This document shows, piece after piece, positions 37,455 through 64,000 of a stretch of 64,000 nucleotides of DNA (positions are counted from its first letter, which is position 1; each line of letters opens with the position of its first letter). The notes beneath the pieces are model-generated. The model was not told the origin of the DNA. It saw only the letters and a list, made by a program, of their open reading frames with translations, and made no database searches. Source of the DNA: Macrostomum lignano (lineage: Eukaryota); contig NIVC01000180.1 in assembly GCA_002269645.1 (NCBI GenBank), positions 434,001 to 498,000 of the forward strand. Direction: 5' to 3'. A program made the position numbers and the translations under genes.

Positions 37455-40400
37455 TTTTTCTTCTCTTCTTTCCTATCAGCTCTCTCCCGTCTTCTCTCGT
37501 CAATCTTCCCTCACCTCTCTTCTCTTTCGTCGTTGCTCTCTCATCTTTCATCTTTGCTCTCTATCCTTTTTCTTTTTATCTCTTCTTATTTCTCTCTGGT
37601 CTCTACTCTTTCCTCTCTCTCCTCTTTTCACTCCTCACTCTCCTCTCCTCTCTTCTTTCTACTTCTCTGCTCTAATTTCTCATCTCTTGTATCATCTCTA
37701 TATTCTGTCTCTTTTATTGTCTCGATCCTCTCTCCTATTATTTATTTCCTGTCTTATCTCCTCTCTCTCATCTCTCATCTGTACTCTTCTTTTTAACATC
37801 TCTCTTTTCCCAACTCTCCCAACTCTTCTCTCAACTTTCTCCCCTTTACTCTCTTATGTCCCTCTCTACTCTCTCCTCCCTCTCATCTCTCACCTCTCCT
37901 GCTCCCCCATCTCCTCTTCTCTCTCTTCTCTCCCTTCCCCTCTCTTCTTGTCCTCTCGATTCTCCCCCTTTTTTCTCCTTCTCCTTCCCTCCACTCCACT
38001 TCTCTCCCATTGTCTCTCATATCTGCTTCCGCATATTTCTCTTCTCTTTCCTCTCTCTACTCGTCTCTGTAATTTCTTCCCTCTCCTCTCTCCTCTATTC
38101 TAGCTCTACTGTCACATTTCTTGTCTCTGCTCTCTCATCTCTCCTTCCCCTCTTTCATCTCTCCTATCTCATCTCTTCTCTCTTCTTTCATCCTTCCTTT
38201 CTCCTCTCTCCCCTCTTCTCTCCTCTCTTCTCTCACGTCTCATCTCCTTTCTCCTCTTTGGTCTCCTCTGTCAATCACTTCTCTCTCCTGTCTTGAGTCT
38301 TCTCTCTACTCACTCATCTCTACTCTCTTCTATCTCCTCTCTACTTTCTCCTATCTACTCCCATCTCTCATCTCTCCCTCTTCTCACCTTTACTCTCTCC
38401 TCCCGTTTCTCTCGACCCTCTTTTTTCTCTCCCTACCCTCTCCCCTTCTTCTCTCCCCTCTCCTCTCACTTCTCTCTTCTCACAGAAAAAATAGGTATAA
38501 ACCAATGGAGTTTTTATGAGGAGGATCTGCCAGGAAAAGTAGATATGTACGTTGAATTAATTCGTGTTTAAACATATAGCTCTGTATTTAGCTTTCTATT
38601 CAAATCCTCACAATTGCAAAACTATCTAGTAAGAATCTAGATGTTAGTTAAATCAACTTGGTTATTGCATTCGTTTTTTGGATTGGATGTCATTTTTACT
38701 TTTCGTTAAAGTCCGCTTTTATACAATAATTAAAAAACTCAATTCGAGATGTTGCCCCTTCAGTTTTTAATGGGCCCCAACTGGGCCCCCCATCCTGAAA
38801 CCTCTGGACGCGCCCCTGCGCTGGTTGTGTGCCAATTTCGCTTAAAGTGCGCCAGGGTGCACACAACCCCTGCCTCTAATAAAAAATAAAAGTGCTGACA
38901 CAGCTTGGCACTACAACTAAACAACTAAAACAAAATTAGTTGGATTTGCAGGCTGTACGCTGTAAATTTTTGAATTGCAAGAAACATCTCCCGATCAACA
39001 ACATTCGCAATATACACTGATAGTAGAATGTAATGCTTGACATAAGATTGTCAGTTTTTATAAACAGAACAAAATATTTTAGGCAAACCGAAGACGCATA
39101 TTTTTGCGCATAGTTAAAACTGCTAGAAATTATAATGCTAGTGAATTACCAAGAGTTTTTACATTTTTCCTTATTTAGATTAGAATCAGATAACCCTAAT
39201 ATAATACTTTGAGTTCTAATTAGCACAATTTTCTAACTGGGCGCCTCTTGTGCGACTTGGCGTACAATATGGCGAATAGGAAATTTACACAATGAAAAAA
39301 ATCTTTAGAAGAGTATGTTATTAAGTTTTTTTTCATTGAGGAAAAAGAAGAACTAATGAGTGACTGCTCTTTAAATGGAGTCAATAAGTTATAAATTGAT
39401 TTCTGAAGTTTGGCTATATTTGGGCGCTATACGCCCCGCCGTGCGCCCTCTATAACCCGCTCCACTGGGAGAGTGACCAGAGTGACCAGAGTGACCAGAC
39501 TAACCAGAGTGACCAGAGTGACCAGAGTGACCAGAGTGACCAGAGTGATCAGAGTGACCAGAGTGACCAGAGTGACCAGATTGATTAGAGTAAACAGAGT
39601 GATCAGAGTGACCAGAGTGACCAGAGTGATCAGAGTGACCAGAGTGACCAGAGTGATCAGAGTGACCAGAGTGCCCAGAGTGACCAGAGTGACCAGAGTG
39701 ACCAGAGTGACCAGAGTGACCAGAGTGATCATAGTGACCAGAGTGACAAAGTAACCAGAGTGACCAGAGTGACCAGATTGATTAGAGTGACCAGAGTGAT
39801 CAGAGTGACCAGAGTGACCAGAGTGACCAGAGTGACCAGAGTGACCAGAGTGACCAGATTGATTAGAGTAACCAGAGTGACCAGAGTGACCAGATTGATT
39901 AGAGTGACCAGAGTGACCAGAGTGACCAGAGTGACCAGAGTGACCAGAGTGACCAGAGTGACCAGAGTGACCAGAGTGACCAGAGTGACCAGAGTGATCA
40001 TAGTGACCAGAGTGACAGAGTAACCAGAGTGACCAGAGTGACCAGATTGATTAGAGTGACCAGAGTGACCAGAGTGACCAGAGTGACCAGAGTGACCAGA
40101 GTGACCAGAGTGACCAGAGTGACCAGAGTGACCAGAGTGACCAGAATAAGCTCTACTTTGCAGGCGGCAGGCAGCCACAGGTTCAGCAGCCAACTCTGCC
40201 TACATGTACATGGGCGCTGAGGGCCCCAGCAACTCAGGCGGCACACTTGAATACCAGCGGTGAGTTTTGCACCTCATGATTCGCAATTCTCTTCTTCATC
40301 ATGTTTGTCTGAAAACTTCTGCTAACTGAAAAATCACTGAATTTTAGATGGCAGAATGGAACGGAAAATAGGTGAGTTTATAAAATTTGATTCAACTTTT

Positions 40401-40759
40401 GAGATTATTGACTTAAAAAAATAATTCGGTGAGAGAAATCGGATTTCAGGGCTTACGAGGCGAGTTCTCAGGCTGAATTATTGTAAGTTCCAAGCTATCA
40501 GCGGTATAGAATACGCTCTTGTGCCAGTAAAATCCAAATCAAATTTGAATCGGCGCTACTATTTTGTTTGTTTATCTGCGGCCAATTGCAGCAGCAGCAA
40601 AAACGACGTTGATCGGCTTAACGGAGCAGTCGACCCGTAAGCGCACAGCTTTTAATAGCGTTTTGTCTATGGTTAAACTTAGGAAAACTGACTGAGCCAC
40701 TAACTGGCTGTTGCCCAACCCTCAGTGACGACATCGGGATTCAAGGACTACAAGACTAG
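20374..40759 (+). CDS. Type I single-pass membrane protein, paralog A, Tyr-rich tail; exons 20374-20449, 21311-21455, 22516-22893, 23458-23514, 23646-23681, 24161-24202, 24291-24341, 24409-24447, 26847-26909, 27143-27190, 27276-27338, 40164-40259, 40348-40371, 40450-40482, 40726-40759
   Basis: Signal peptide MLRTLSCRNTRALLLLALWAV, a 4-Cys ectodomain, TM VVIIAGSGAAVAVAACVIAVGVTMGV and stop-transfer RIRKRRPK. Eleven micro-exons follow, each with AG/GT boundaries, phase 2-2 and length divisible by 3, and all stay open in frame. The first three exons are well supported; individual tail exons are manual predictions. Confidence 0.72.
20460..21125. repeat. (TACC)/(TATC)n microsatellite, paralog A intron 1
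   Basis: Direct. Confidence 0.92.
21665..22400. repeat. 20-bp minisatellites (taattacacctgctagtcac, then actgataacccctgtcagac), paralog A intron 2
   Basis: Direct; related to the 20-mer in paralog B intron 2. Confidence 0.92.
22925..23380. repeat. 14-bp minisatellite gagtgatggggctg, paralog A intron 3
   Basis: Direct. Confidence 0.9.
23855..24100. repeat. 20-bp minisatellite gtaattctctatccaagcct
   Basis: Direct. Confidence 0.9.
24490..26725. repeat. 26-bp minisatellite cagtgtccccacactctgtccccatt with higher-order (~351 bp) duplication, paralog A intron
   Basis: Direct; identical ORF-track peptides are offset by 351 bp (24895 vs 25246). Confidence 0.95.
27360..27520. repeat. 9-bp repeat (agagtgacc)n, left part, interrupted by the CACTA element
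   Basis: Continues at 39470-40145. Confidence 0.9.
28145..30968 (-). CDS. Transposon accessory protein, DUF4806-like; exons 30968-30783, 30574-30419, 30237-29194, 28996-28792, 28620-28145
   Basis: Five exons with GT/AG and consistent phases give one ORF starting MKFLVICK. It includes an Ala/Glu repeat and the segment LSEAIRAMLDACLTPDMQAQVNFSG...TNKQVHTVCRDLLHRGTDR, which resembles the DUF4806 pattern I recall from EnSpm-associated ORFs. Confidence 0.72.
31418..33337 (+). CDS. EnSpm/CACTA-type transposase, 639 aa, single exon; possible frameshift near the C-terminus
   Basis: Motifs typical of animal EnSpm transposases: NSDGIPLFRSS..LWPIL, VVDTPARSF...KGHSSYEGCSYC, DYQHCVCLGV, FQRRPR...KATEFRQY, YNVHALLHL, FPFENYLG. 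Confidence 0.9.
   Translation: MASKSLKRSIDRHLLSLFVVENSEDRPSATQDVRLMETEAIELDEEEQDEYFDAVDEPDSQRFESDDSDQEDDESKKEEDNRSLEDKLEAVLVVFFLMYNIPREGISFLVHALREIGLPAPRSVRRVLKTMRRNVPTELVPMGDGHFHYVSIIQNLKLLLEHELLQLPPQNLKHEGSTSVYEFEAQVNSDGIPLFRSSLFGLWPILMKIPQAFAKPFPVAIWAGKGKPEVNEYLHEFCNEAKKFLTGPIQISDSVSISFSTIYFVVDTPARSFLMCTKGHSSYEGCSYCRATGPRVDNRVTFSTTVGESRSGELYRCGREANQQDTGAVKIRSPLLELPQIDFVYSFPVDYQHCVCLGVVRKLMNFYFGKGGIRFSRMRSRALSDKIASVTGWTPSNFQRRPRRIDKNLKFLKATEFRQYVLYLGPALFKGFLREKDYKNFLLLHFAIYVYSAERHSNLWYTAKSCLEVFVEQLSKIFGQKSISYNVHALLHLDEFVRKLGTLNNFSTFPFENYLGAVKRKIKVTRHIAAHSVKQVLCVQQQMLKKDTSVPKLKFSPKRGDNCCIIGSNCVLIESAAPNGIVSGRILRFIDDLYTYPCESRLLGIGVYRLTANITTGKPIRKCWMLPKKLMKTPPLNSM
34245..34796. mobile_element. 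Foldback/MITE-like element made of inverted arrays of a cataaacccgaaa subrepeat
   Basis: The left arm (catcataaacccgaaaaatcacaac) and right arm (gttgtgatttttcgggtttatgatg) are reverse complements. It is flanked by the 8-bp direct repeat gctgggcg (34237-34244, 34797-34804). Confidence 0.7.
37085..38818. mobile_element. Non-autonomous hAT-type element nested in the CACTA element
   Basis: TIRs CAGTGGCGCGTCCAG / CTGGACGCGCCCCTG and a perfect 8-bp TSD cgctggtt (37077-37084 and 38819-38826). The interior is CT-rich and non-coding. Confidence 0.85.
39470..40145. repeat. 9-bp repeat (agagtgacc)n, right part
   Basis: Direct. Confidence 0.93.
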
Positions 40760-40934
40760 ATATAACGAAGTGTTCCTATTGGTCCTTGTCCGGGTTGTGC
40801 TGCCACCGAGCTCAAGCAACTGGGAATGACAGAAGATGGGCGCCACGAGAATTAACAAAAACAAAACGGTCTTCGTGTTTATTTTATTTATATTGTCTTT
40901 ATTCCAGGCATCTTTCTTCTGCTACATAAATCGA

Positions 40935-41735
40935 GCTGCCAGTGTGATAAACTGCCAGTGTGATAAACTGCCAGTGTGATAAACTGCCAGTGTGATAAAC
41001 TGCCAGTGTGATAAACTGCCAGTGTGATAAACTGCCAGTGTGATAAACTGCCAGTGTGATAAACTGCCAGTGTAATAAACTGCCAGTGTAATAAACTGCC
41101 AGTGTGATAATCTGCCAGTGTGATAAACTGCCAGTGTAATAAACTGCCAGTGTGATAAACTGCCAGTGTGATAAACTGCCAGTGTGATAAACTGCCAGTG
41201 TGATAAACTGCCAGTGTGATAAACTGCAAGTGTGATAAACTGCCAGTGTGATAAACTGCCAGTGTGATAAACTGCCAGTGTAATAAACTGCCAGTGTAAT
41301 AAACTGCCAGTGTGATAAACTGCCAGTGTGATAATCTGCCAGTGTGATAAACTGCCAGTGTGATAATCTGCCAGTGTGATAAACTGCCAGTGTGATAATC
41401 TGCCAGTGTGATAAACTGCCAGTGTGATAATCTGCCAGTGTGATAAACTGCCAGTGTGATAATCTGCCAGTGTGATAAACTGCCAGTGTAATAAACTGCC
41501 AGTGTGATAAACTGCCAGTGTGATAAACTGCCAGTGTGCTAAACTGCCAGTGTGATAAACTGCCAGTGTGATAAACTGCCAGTGTAATAAACTGCCAGTG
41601 TAATAAACTGCCAGTGTGATAAACTGCCAGTGTGCTAAACTGCCAGTGTGATAAACTGCCAGTGTGATAAACTGCCAGTGTGATAAACTGCCAGTGTGAT
41701 AAACTGCCAGTGTGATAATCTGCCAGTGTGATAAA
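40935..41735. repeat. 16-bp minisatellite aaactgccagtgtgat between paralogs A and B
   Basis: About 50 copies. Confidence 0.95.
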
Positions 41736-42254
41736 CCTCAGTTTAGGAAGATATTTTTACCTATTCAAGTTTCATTGCAGCTTCGTAAAGTTGTTTATTT
41801 GTTGCCAAACGAACATTTTCTATTTGTTAGAGTCACGGATGAAATGCCAGCTGCCTACTAATGATGTTATAAACTGCTGTACACTACTTGCCGAGTAGTA
41901 TAAAATATATAATGTCTAAATAAATTTGTTAACCAAGTACTCCGTGGCCAGCCAATCAGAATTGGCAGCTCACTTGACGCCATCGTGATGAAAGCGGTGC
42001 TCTTGCTGTGCAGCTCAAATGTACGATTCAATGGAGAGGCCGTTCTGGCGTTTGAACACCTGGCTGCCTTCATTTTCTATTTTATTGTGTGAATGGCCTG
42101 CGCAGTGGGCAACTGGGAGGCAGATGCTGGGCAGGCGCTGAGCAATGCGCTCAGCTTGAGGCTTTTTATGCGGTGCCCGCAAAATCCGAGATTATTTTTT
42201 AAATAACAGCCTCATACTGAAGCAGTCTGATTACACAATCAAACTGCAACCAGC

Positions 42255-51462
<9,208 letters not shown>

Positions 51463-51629
51463 AGGCCGAATCAAGCATGAACGGAATAATCAGGACTTTC
51501 ATTATTCATTTTTGATTCATTTACTTCTGATAATTTTAATACTGTCAAATAAAGAGCCATCAGGGACTGAAGAAAAAACTAAATCTTGTTTACCTATGCA
51601 TGTAAAAGTTGAGAGTAAAATCACTTAAC

Positions 51630-54600
51630 TGAGAATATTCACCGGAACTAAACTGAGAATCTTCACCGAAACTAAACTAAGAATATTCCCCGGAACTACA
51701 TGTTAACTGAGAATCTTCCCCGGAAGTAAACTAAGAATCTTCACTGGAACTAAACTGAGAATCTTCCCCGGAACTAAACTGAGAATCTTCCCCGGAACTA
51801 AACTGAGAATCTTCCCCGGAACTAAACTAAGAATCTTCACTGGAACTAAACTGAGAATCTTCCCCGGAACTAAACTGAGAATCTTCCCCGGAACTAAACT
51901 GAGAATCTTCCCCGGAACTAAACTAAGAATCTTCACTGGAACTAAACTGAGAATCTTCCCCGGAACTAAACTGAGAATCTTCCCCGGAACTAAACTGAGA
52001 ATCTTCCCCGGAACTAAACTGAGAATCTTCCCCGGAACTAAACTGAGAATCTTCCCCGGAACTAAACTGAGAATCTTCACCGGAACTAAACTGAGAATCT
52101 TCCCCGGAACTAAACTGAGAATCTTCCCCGGAACTAAACTGAGAATCTTCCCCGGAACTAAACTGAGAATCTTCCCCGGAACTAAACTGAGAATCTTCAC
52201 CGGAACTAAACTAAGAATCTTCACCGGAACTAAACTAAGAATCTTCACCGGAACTAAACTGAGAATCTTCACCGGAACTAAACTGAGAATCTTCACCGGA
52301 ACTAAACTGAGAATCTTCCCCGGAACTAAACTGAGAATCTTCACCGGAACTAAACTGAGAATCTTCACCGGAACTAAACTGAGAATCTTCCCCGGAACTA
52401 AACTGAGAATCTTCCCCGGAACTAAACTGAGAATCTTCACCGGAACTAAACTGAGAATCTTCCCCGGAACTAAACTGAGAATCTTCCCCGGAACTAAACT
52501 GAGAATCTTCCCCGGAACTAAACTGAGAATCTTCCCCGGAACTAAACTGAGAATCTTCACCGGAACTAAACTAAGAATCTTCACCGGAACTAAACTAAGA
52601 ATCTTCACCGGAACTAAACTGAGAATCTTCACCGGAACTAAACTGAGAATCTTCACCGGAACTAAACTGAGAATCTTCCCCGGAACTAAACTGAGAATCT
52701 TCACCGGAACTAAACTGAGAATCTTCACCGGAACTAAACTGAGAATCTTCACCGGAACTAAACTGAGAATCTTCACCGGAACTAAACTGAGAATCTTCAC
52801 CGGAACTAAACTGAGAATCTTCACCGAAACTAAACTAAGAATATTCCCCGGAACTACATGTTAACTGAGAATCTTCCCCGGAACTAAACTAAGAATCTTC
52901 ACTGGAACTAAACTGAGAATCTTCCCCGGAACTAAACTGAGAATCTTCCCCGGAACTAAACTGAGAATCTTCCCCGGAACTAAACTAAGAATCTTCACTG
53001 GAACTAAACTGAGAATCTTCCCCGGAACTAAACTGAGAATCTTCCCCGGAACTAAACTGAGAATCTTCCCCGGAACTAAACTAAGAATCTTCACTGGAAC
53101 TAAACTGAGAATCTTCCCCGGAACTAAACTGAGAATCTTCACCGGAACTAAACTGAGAATCTTCACCGGAACTAAACTGAGAATCTTCCCCGGAACTAAA
53201 CTGAGAATCTTCACCGGAACTAAACTGAGAATCTTCACCGGAACTAAACTGAGAATCTTCACCGGAACTAAACTGAGAATCTTCACCGGAACTAAACTAA
53301 GAATCTTTACCGGAACTAAACTAAGAATCTTCACCGGAACTAAACTGAGAATCTTCACCGGAACTAAACTGAGAATCTTCACCGGAACTAAACTGAGAAT
53401 CTTCACCGGAACTAAACTGAGAATCTTCCCAGGAACTAAACTGAGAATCTTCCCCGGAACTAAACTGAGAATCTTCACCGGAACTAAACTGAGAATCTTC
53501 ACCGGAACTAAACTGAGAATCTTCACCGGAACTAAACTAAGAATCTTTACCGGAACTAAACTAAGAATCTTCACCGGAACTAAACTGAGAATCTTCACCG
53601 GAACTAAACTGAGAATCTTCCCCGGAACTAAACTGAGAATCTTCCCCGGAACTAAACTGAGAATCTTCCCCGGAACTAAACTGAGAATCTTCACCGGAAC
53701 TAAACTAAGAATCTTCACCGGAACTAAACTAAGAATCTTCACCGGAACTAAACTGAGAATCTTCCCCGGAACTAAACTGAGAATCTTCACCGGAACTAAA
53801 CTGAGAATCTTCCCCGGAACTAAACTGAGAATCTTCACCGGAACTAAACTGAGAATCTTCACCGGAACTAAACTGAGAATCTTCCCCGGAACTAAACTGA
53901 GAATCTTCCCCGGAACTAAACTGAGAATCTTCACCGGAACTAAACTGAGAATCTTCCCCGGAACTAAACTGAGAATCTTCCCCGGAACTAAACTGAGAAT
54001 CTTCCCCGGAACTAAACTGAGAATCTTCCCCGGAACTAAACTGAGAATCTTCACCGGAACTAAACTAAGAATCTTCACCGGAACTAAACTAAGAATCTTC
54101 ACCGGAACTAAACTGAGAATCTTCACCGGAACTAAACTGAGAATCTTCACCGGAACTAAACTGAGAATCTTCCCCGGAACTAAACTGAGAATCTTCACCG
54201 GAACTAAACTGAGAATCTTCACCGGAACTAAACTGAGAATCTTCACCGGAACTAAACTGAGAATCTTCACCGGAACTAAACTGAGAATCTTCACCGGAAC
54301 TAAACTGAGAATCTTCACCGGAACTAAACTGAGAATCTTCCCGGAACTAAACTGAGAATCTTCACCGGAACTAAACTGAGAATCTTCACCGGAACTAAAC
54401 TGAGAATCTTCACCGGAACTAAACTGAGAATCTTCACCGGAACTAAACTAAGAATCTTTACCGGAACTAAACTAAGAATCTTCACCGGAACTAAACTGAG
54501 AATCTTCACCGGAACTAAACTGAGAATCTTCACCGGAACTAAACTGAGAATCTTCACCGGAACTAAACTGAGAATCTTCCCCGGAACTAAACTGAGAATC

Positions 54601-55392
54601 TTCCCCGGAACTAAACTGAGAATCTTCACCGGAACTAAACTGAGAATCTTCACCGGAACTAAACTGAGAATCTTCACCGGAACTAAACTAAGAATCTTTA
54701 CCGGAACTAAACTAAGAATCTTCACCGGAACTAAACTGAGAATCTTCACCGGAACTAAACTGAGAATCTTCACCGGAACTAAACTGAGAATCTTCCCCGG
54801 AACTAAACTGAGAATCTTCACCGGAACTAAACTGAGAATCTTCACCGGAACTAAACTGAGAATCTTCACCGGAACTAAACTGAGAATCTTCCCCGGAACT
54901 AAACTGAGAATCTTCACCGGAACTAAACTGAGAATCTTCACCGGAACTAAACTGAGAATCTTCCCCGGAACTAAACTGAGAATCTTCCCCGGAACTAAAC
55001 TGAGAATCTTCACCGGAACTAAACTGAGAATCTTCACCGGAACTAAACTGAGAATCTTCACCGGAACTAAACTAAGAATCTTTACCGGAACTAAACTAAG
55101 AATCTTCACCGGAACTAAACTGAGAATCTTCCCCGGAACTAAACTGAGAATCTTCACCGGAACTAAACTGAGAATCTTCACCGGAACTAAACTGAGAATC
55201 TTCACCGGAACTAAACTGAGAATCTTCACCGGAACTAAACTGAGAATCTTCACCGGAACTAAACAGAAAACTGAGAATCTTCACCGGAACTAAACTGAGA
55301 ATCTTCACCGGAACTAAACTGAGAATCCTCACCGGAACTAAACTGAGAATCTTCACCGGAACTAAACAGAAAACTGAGAATCTTCACCGGAA
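51630..55392. repeat. 24-bp satellite aactaaactgagaatcttc(a/c)ccgg, about 155 copies
   Basis: Direct; lies between the convergent 3' ends of paralog B and DSTYK. Confidence 0.97.
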
Positions 55393-55824
55393 ATCAGAAA
55401 TAACACATTTTCCTCTTGACAATTTTTTCAAATTTTTAATTTCGAAGAATACAATTCATTTTGATCGCGGTAATCGAATTTATTAGGCAAAAATTACCTT
55501 CATAACACAACAGAAAGTAAAAAAAACTTTTGAAAAACAAAAATTAGCACCAATGATTGAGCCCGTATTGCAGTGAGAAATCAATATGAGAAATCAATAT
55601 AAATCTATTAATGATTGCCTGATATCAGATACTGAACAGCAGAAATACTCGTAGGAAACTCAATATTACTGTAACTCTGCGCAGAAAAAATCTGAAATTG
55701 GAATAAAAAGAGACGCAAATAATTTTTCTCAATAAAACATGATGCCAAGTGATTCGCTTTGATCGCTAATAAACAGCAGGAATGCCAGGCTGTCTTTTCG
55801 CCCGCATCGGGCCTGTGGGGTCGT

Positions 55825-56072
55825 GGTGCTGTGGGATGGTGGGTGCTGTGGGGTGGTGGGTGCTGTGGGGTGGTGGGTTCTGTGGGGTGGCGGGTGCTGT
55901 GGGGTGGTGGCTGCTGTGGGTTGGTGGCTGCTGTGGGTGGTGGGTGCTGTGGGGTGGCGGGTGCTGTGGGGTGGTGGGTTCTGTGGGGTGGTGGGTGCTG
56001 TGGGGTGGCGGGTGCTGTGGGGTGGTGGCTGCTGTGGGGTGGCGGGTGCTGTGGGGTGGTGGGTGCTGTGGG
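55825..56072. repeat. ~18-bp minisatellite gggtgctgtggggtggt
   Basis: Direct. Confidence 0.88.
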
Positions 56073-56499
56073 TTTTAGTTTTTACTATAAGTAAAACTTG
56101 TCTGACAATTTTTAGGGCTTCGCTGCACCTGAGTGAGGCAACTCAAGTACATGAAAATTCAAAAAGTTGCGTTGCTCCTAAGCATTTAGGAGCAAACAAA
56201 GTGCAAATTCTTTTGAGTAGTCTTCATCATTTCTAATAGCCTTTACGCTTTGATTCTCGCGCGTGAAAGCAACACCAGGTTTAGCATTCTCAGCCACTGT
56301 TAATTGTCTGCAAAGTAACACCGTCAAGCACAGGTAAAAACAGAATTCTAACAAAAAATCTACAAAAGAAAATTTGTTTTTATACAACAAATTGCAAAAA
56401 ATCTGACAAAACGCTAAACAGACGCTGAAGCATAAAGAGTAGCTGACAAGCGAATTATTGAAGTTTTGGTCCACTTCATGCAGTTTATCCGCACTTCGC

Positions 56500-63844
<7,345 letters not shown>

Positions 63845-63877
63845 CTGGGCGGGCGGCGGGGCGGGAGCTCGCGAGCA

Positions 63878-64000
63878 TTGCAAACTAGAGATCATGTGCA
63901 CAAACTAGAGATCATGTGCACAAACAAGAGATCATGTGCACAAACTAGAGATCATGTGCACAAACTAGAGATCATGTACACAAACTAGAGATCATGTGCA
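63878..64000. repeat. 20-bp minisatellite caaactagagatcatgtgca, DSTYK intron (runs off window)
   Basis: Direct. Confidence 0.9.

Larger units (their letters stand above)
27521..39469. mobile_element. EnSpm/CACTA (CMC superfamily) DNA transposon, apparently full length (~11.9 kb), in an intron of paralog A
   Basis: Perfect 11-bp TIR CCCAGTGGAGC...GCTCCACTGGG with a 2-bp TSD (AG). The same 9-bp intronic repeat (agagtgacc)n continues on both sides. The element contains a CACTA-type transposase and a DUF4806-like gene. Confidence 0.9.

Noticed and set aside
37026-38571. Hydrophobic Leu/Ser-rich ORFs resembling membrane proteins
   Set aside because: Translations of the CT-rich interior of the non-autonomous hAT element.
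51703-55356. ORFs of (KILSLVPV)n up to 485 aa
   Set aside because: Translation of a 24-bp satellite; no signal, unique domain or splice context.

Overview
Eukaryotic (metazoan) genomic DNA with GC-rich exons and introns that each carry their own minisatellite. This style is consistent with the flatworm Macrostomum, but that is an inference. I assembled exons by hand from GT/AG sites and reading phase. On the + strand, in order: the 3' part of SAS-6; a complete ENTPD5/6-type apyrase; a signal-peptide plus YccV/HspQ-like domain gene; a CCR4/Angel/PDE12-type EEP nuclease whose start exon I could not find; and two tandem paralogous type I membrane proteins (A, 20374-40759; B, 42255-51462). The paralogs share a nearly identical membrane-proximal ectodomain exon but have very different Tyr-motif tails built from phase-2 symmetric micro-exons. 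Paralog A carries a ~11.9 kb EnSpm/CACTA-type transposon in an intron (27521-39469; 11-bp TIR, 2-bp TSD). The element holds a transposase, a divergent spliced DUF4806-like gene, a nested hAT-type element and a foldback MITE. The 3' half of DSTYK lies on the - strand at the right end. Most long ORFs in the supplied track are translations of tandem repeats. The best candidate for an undescribed system is the A/B pair, which resembles paired receptors.
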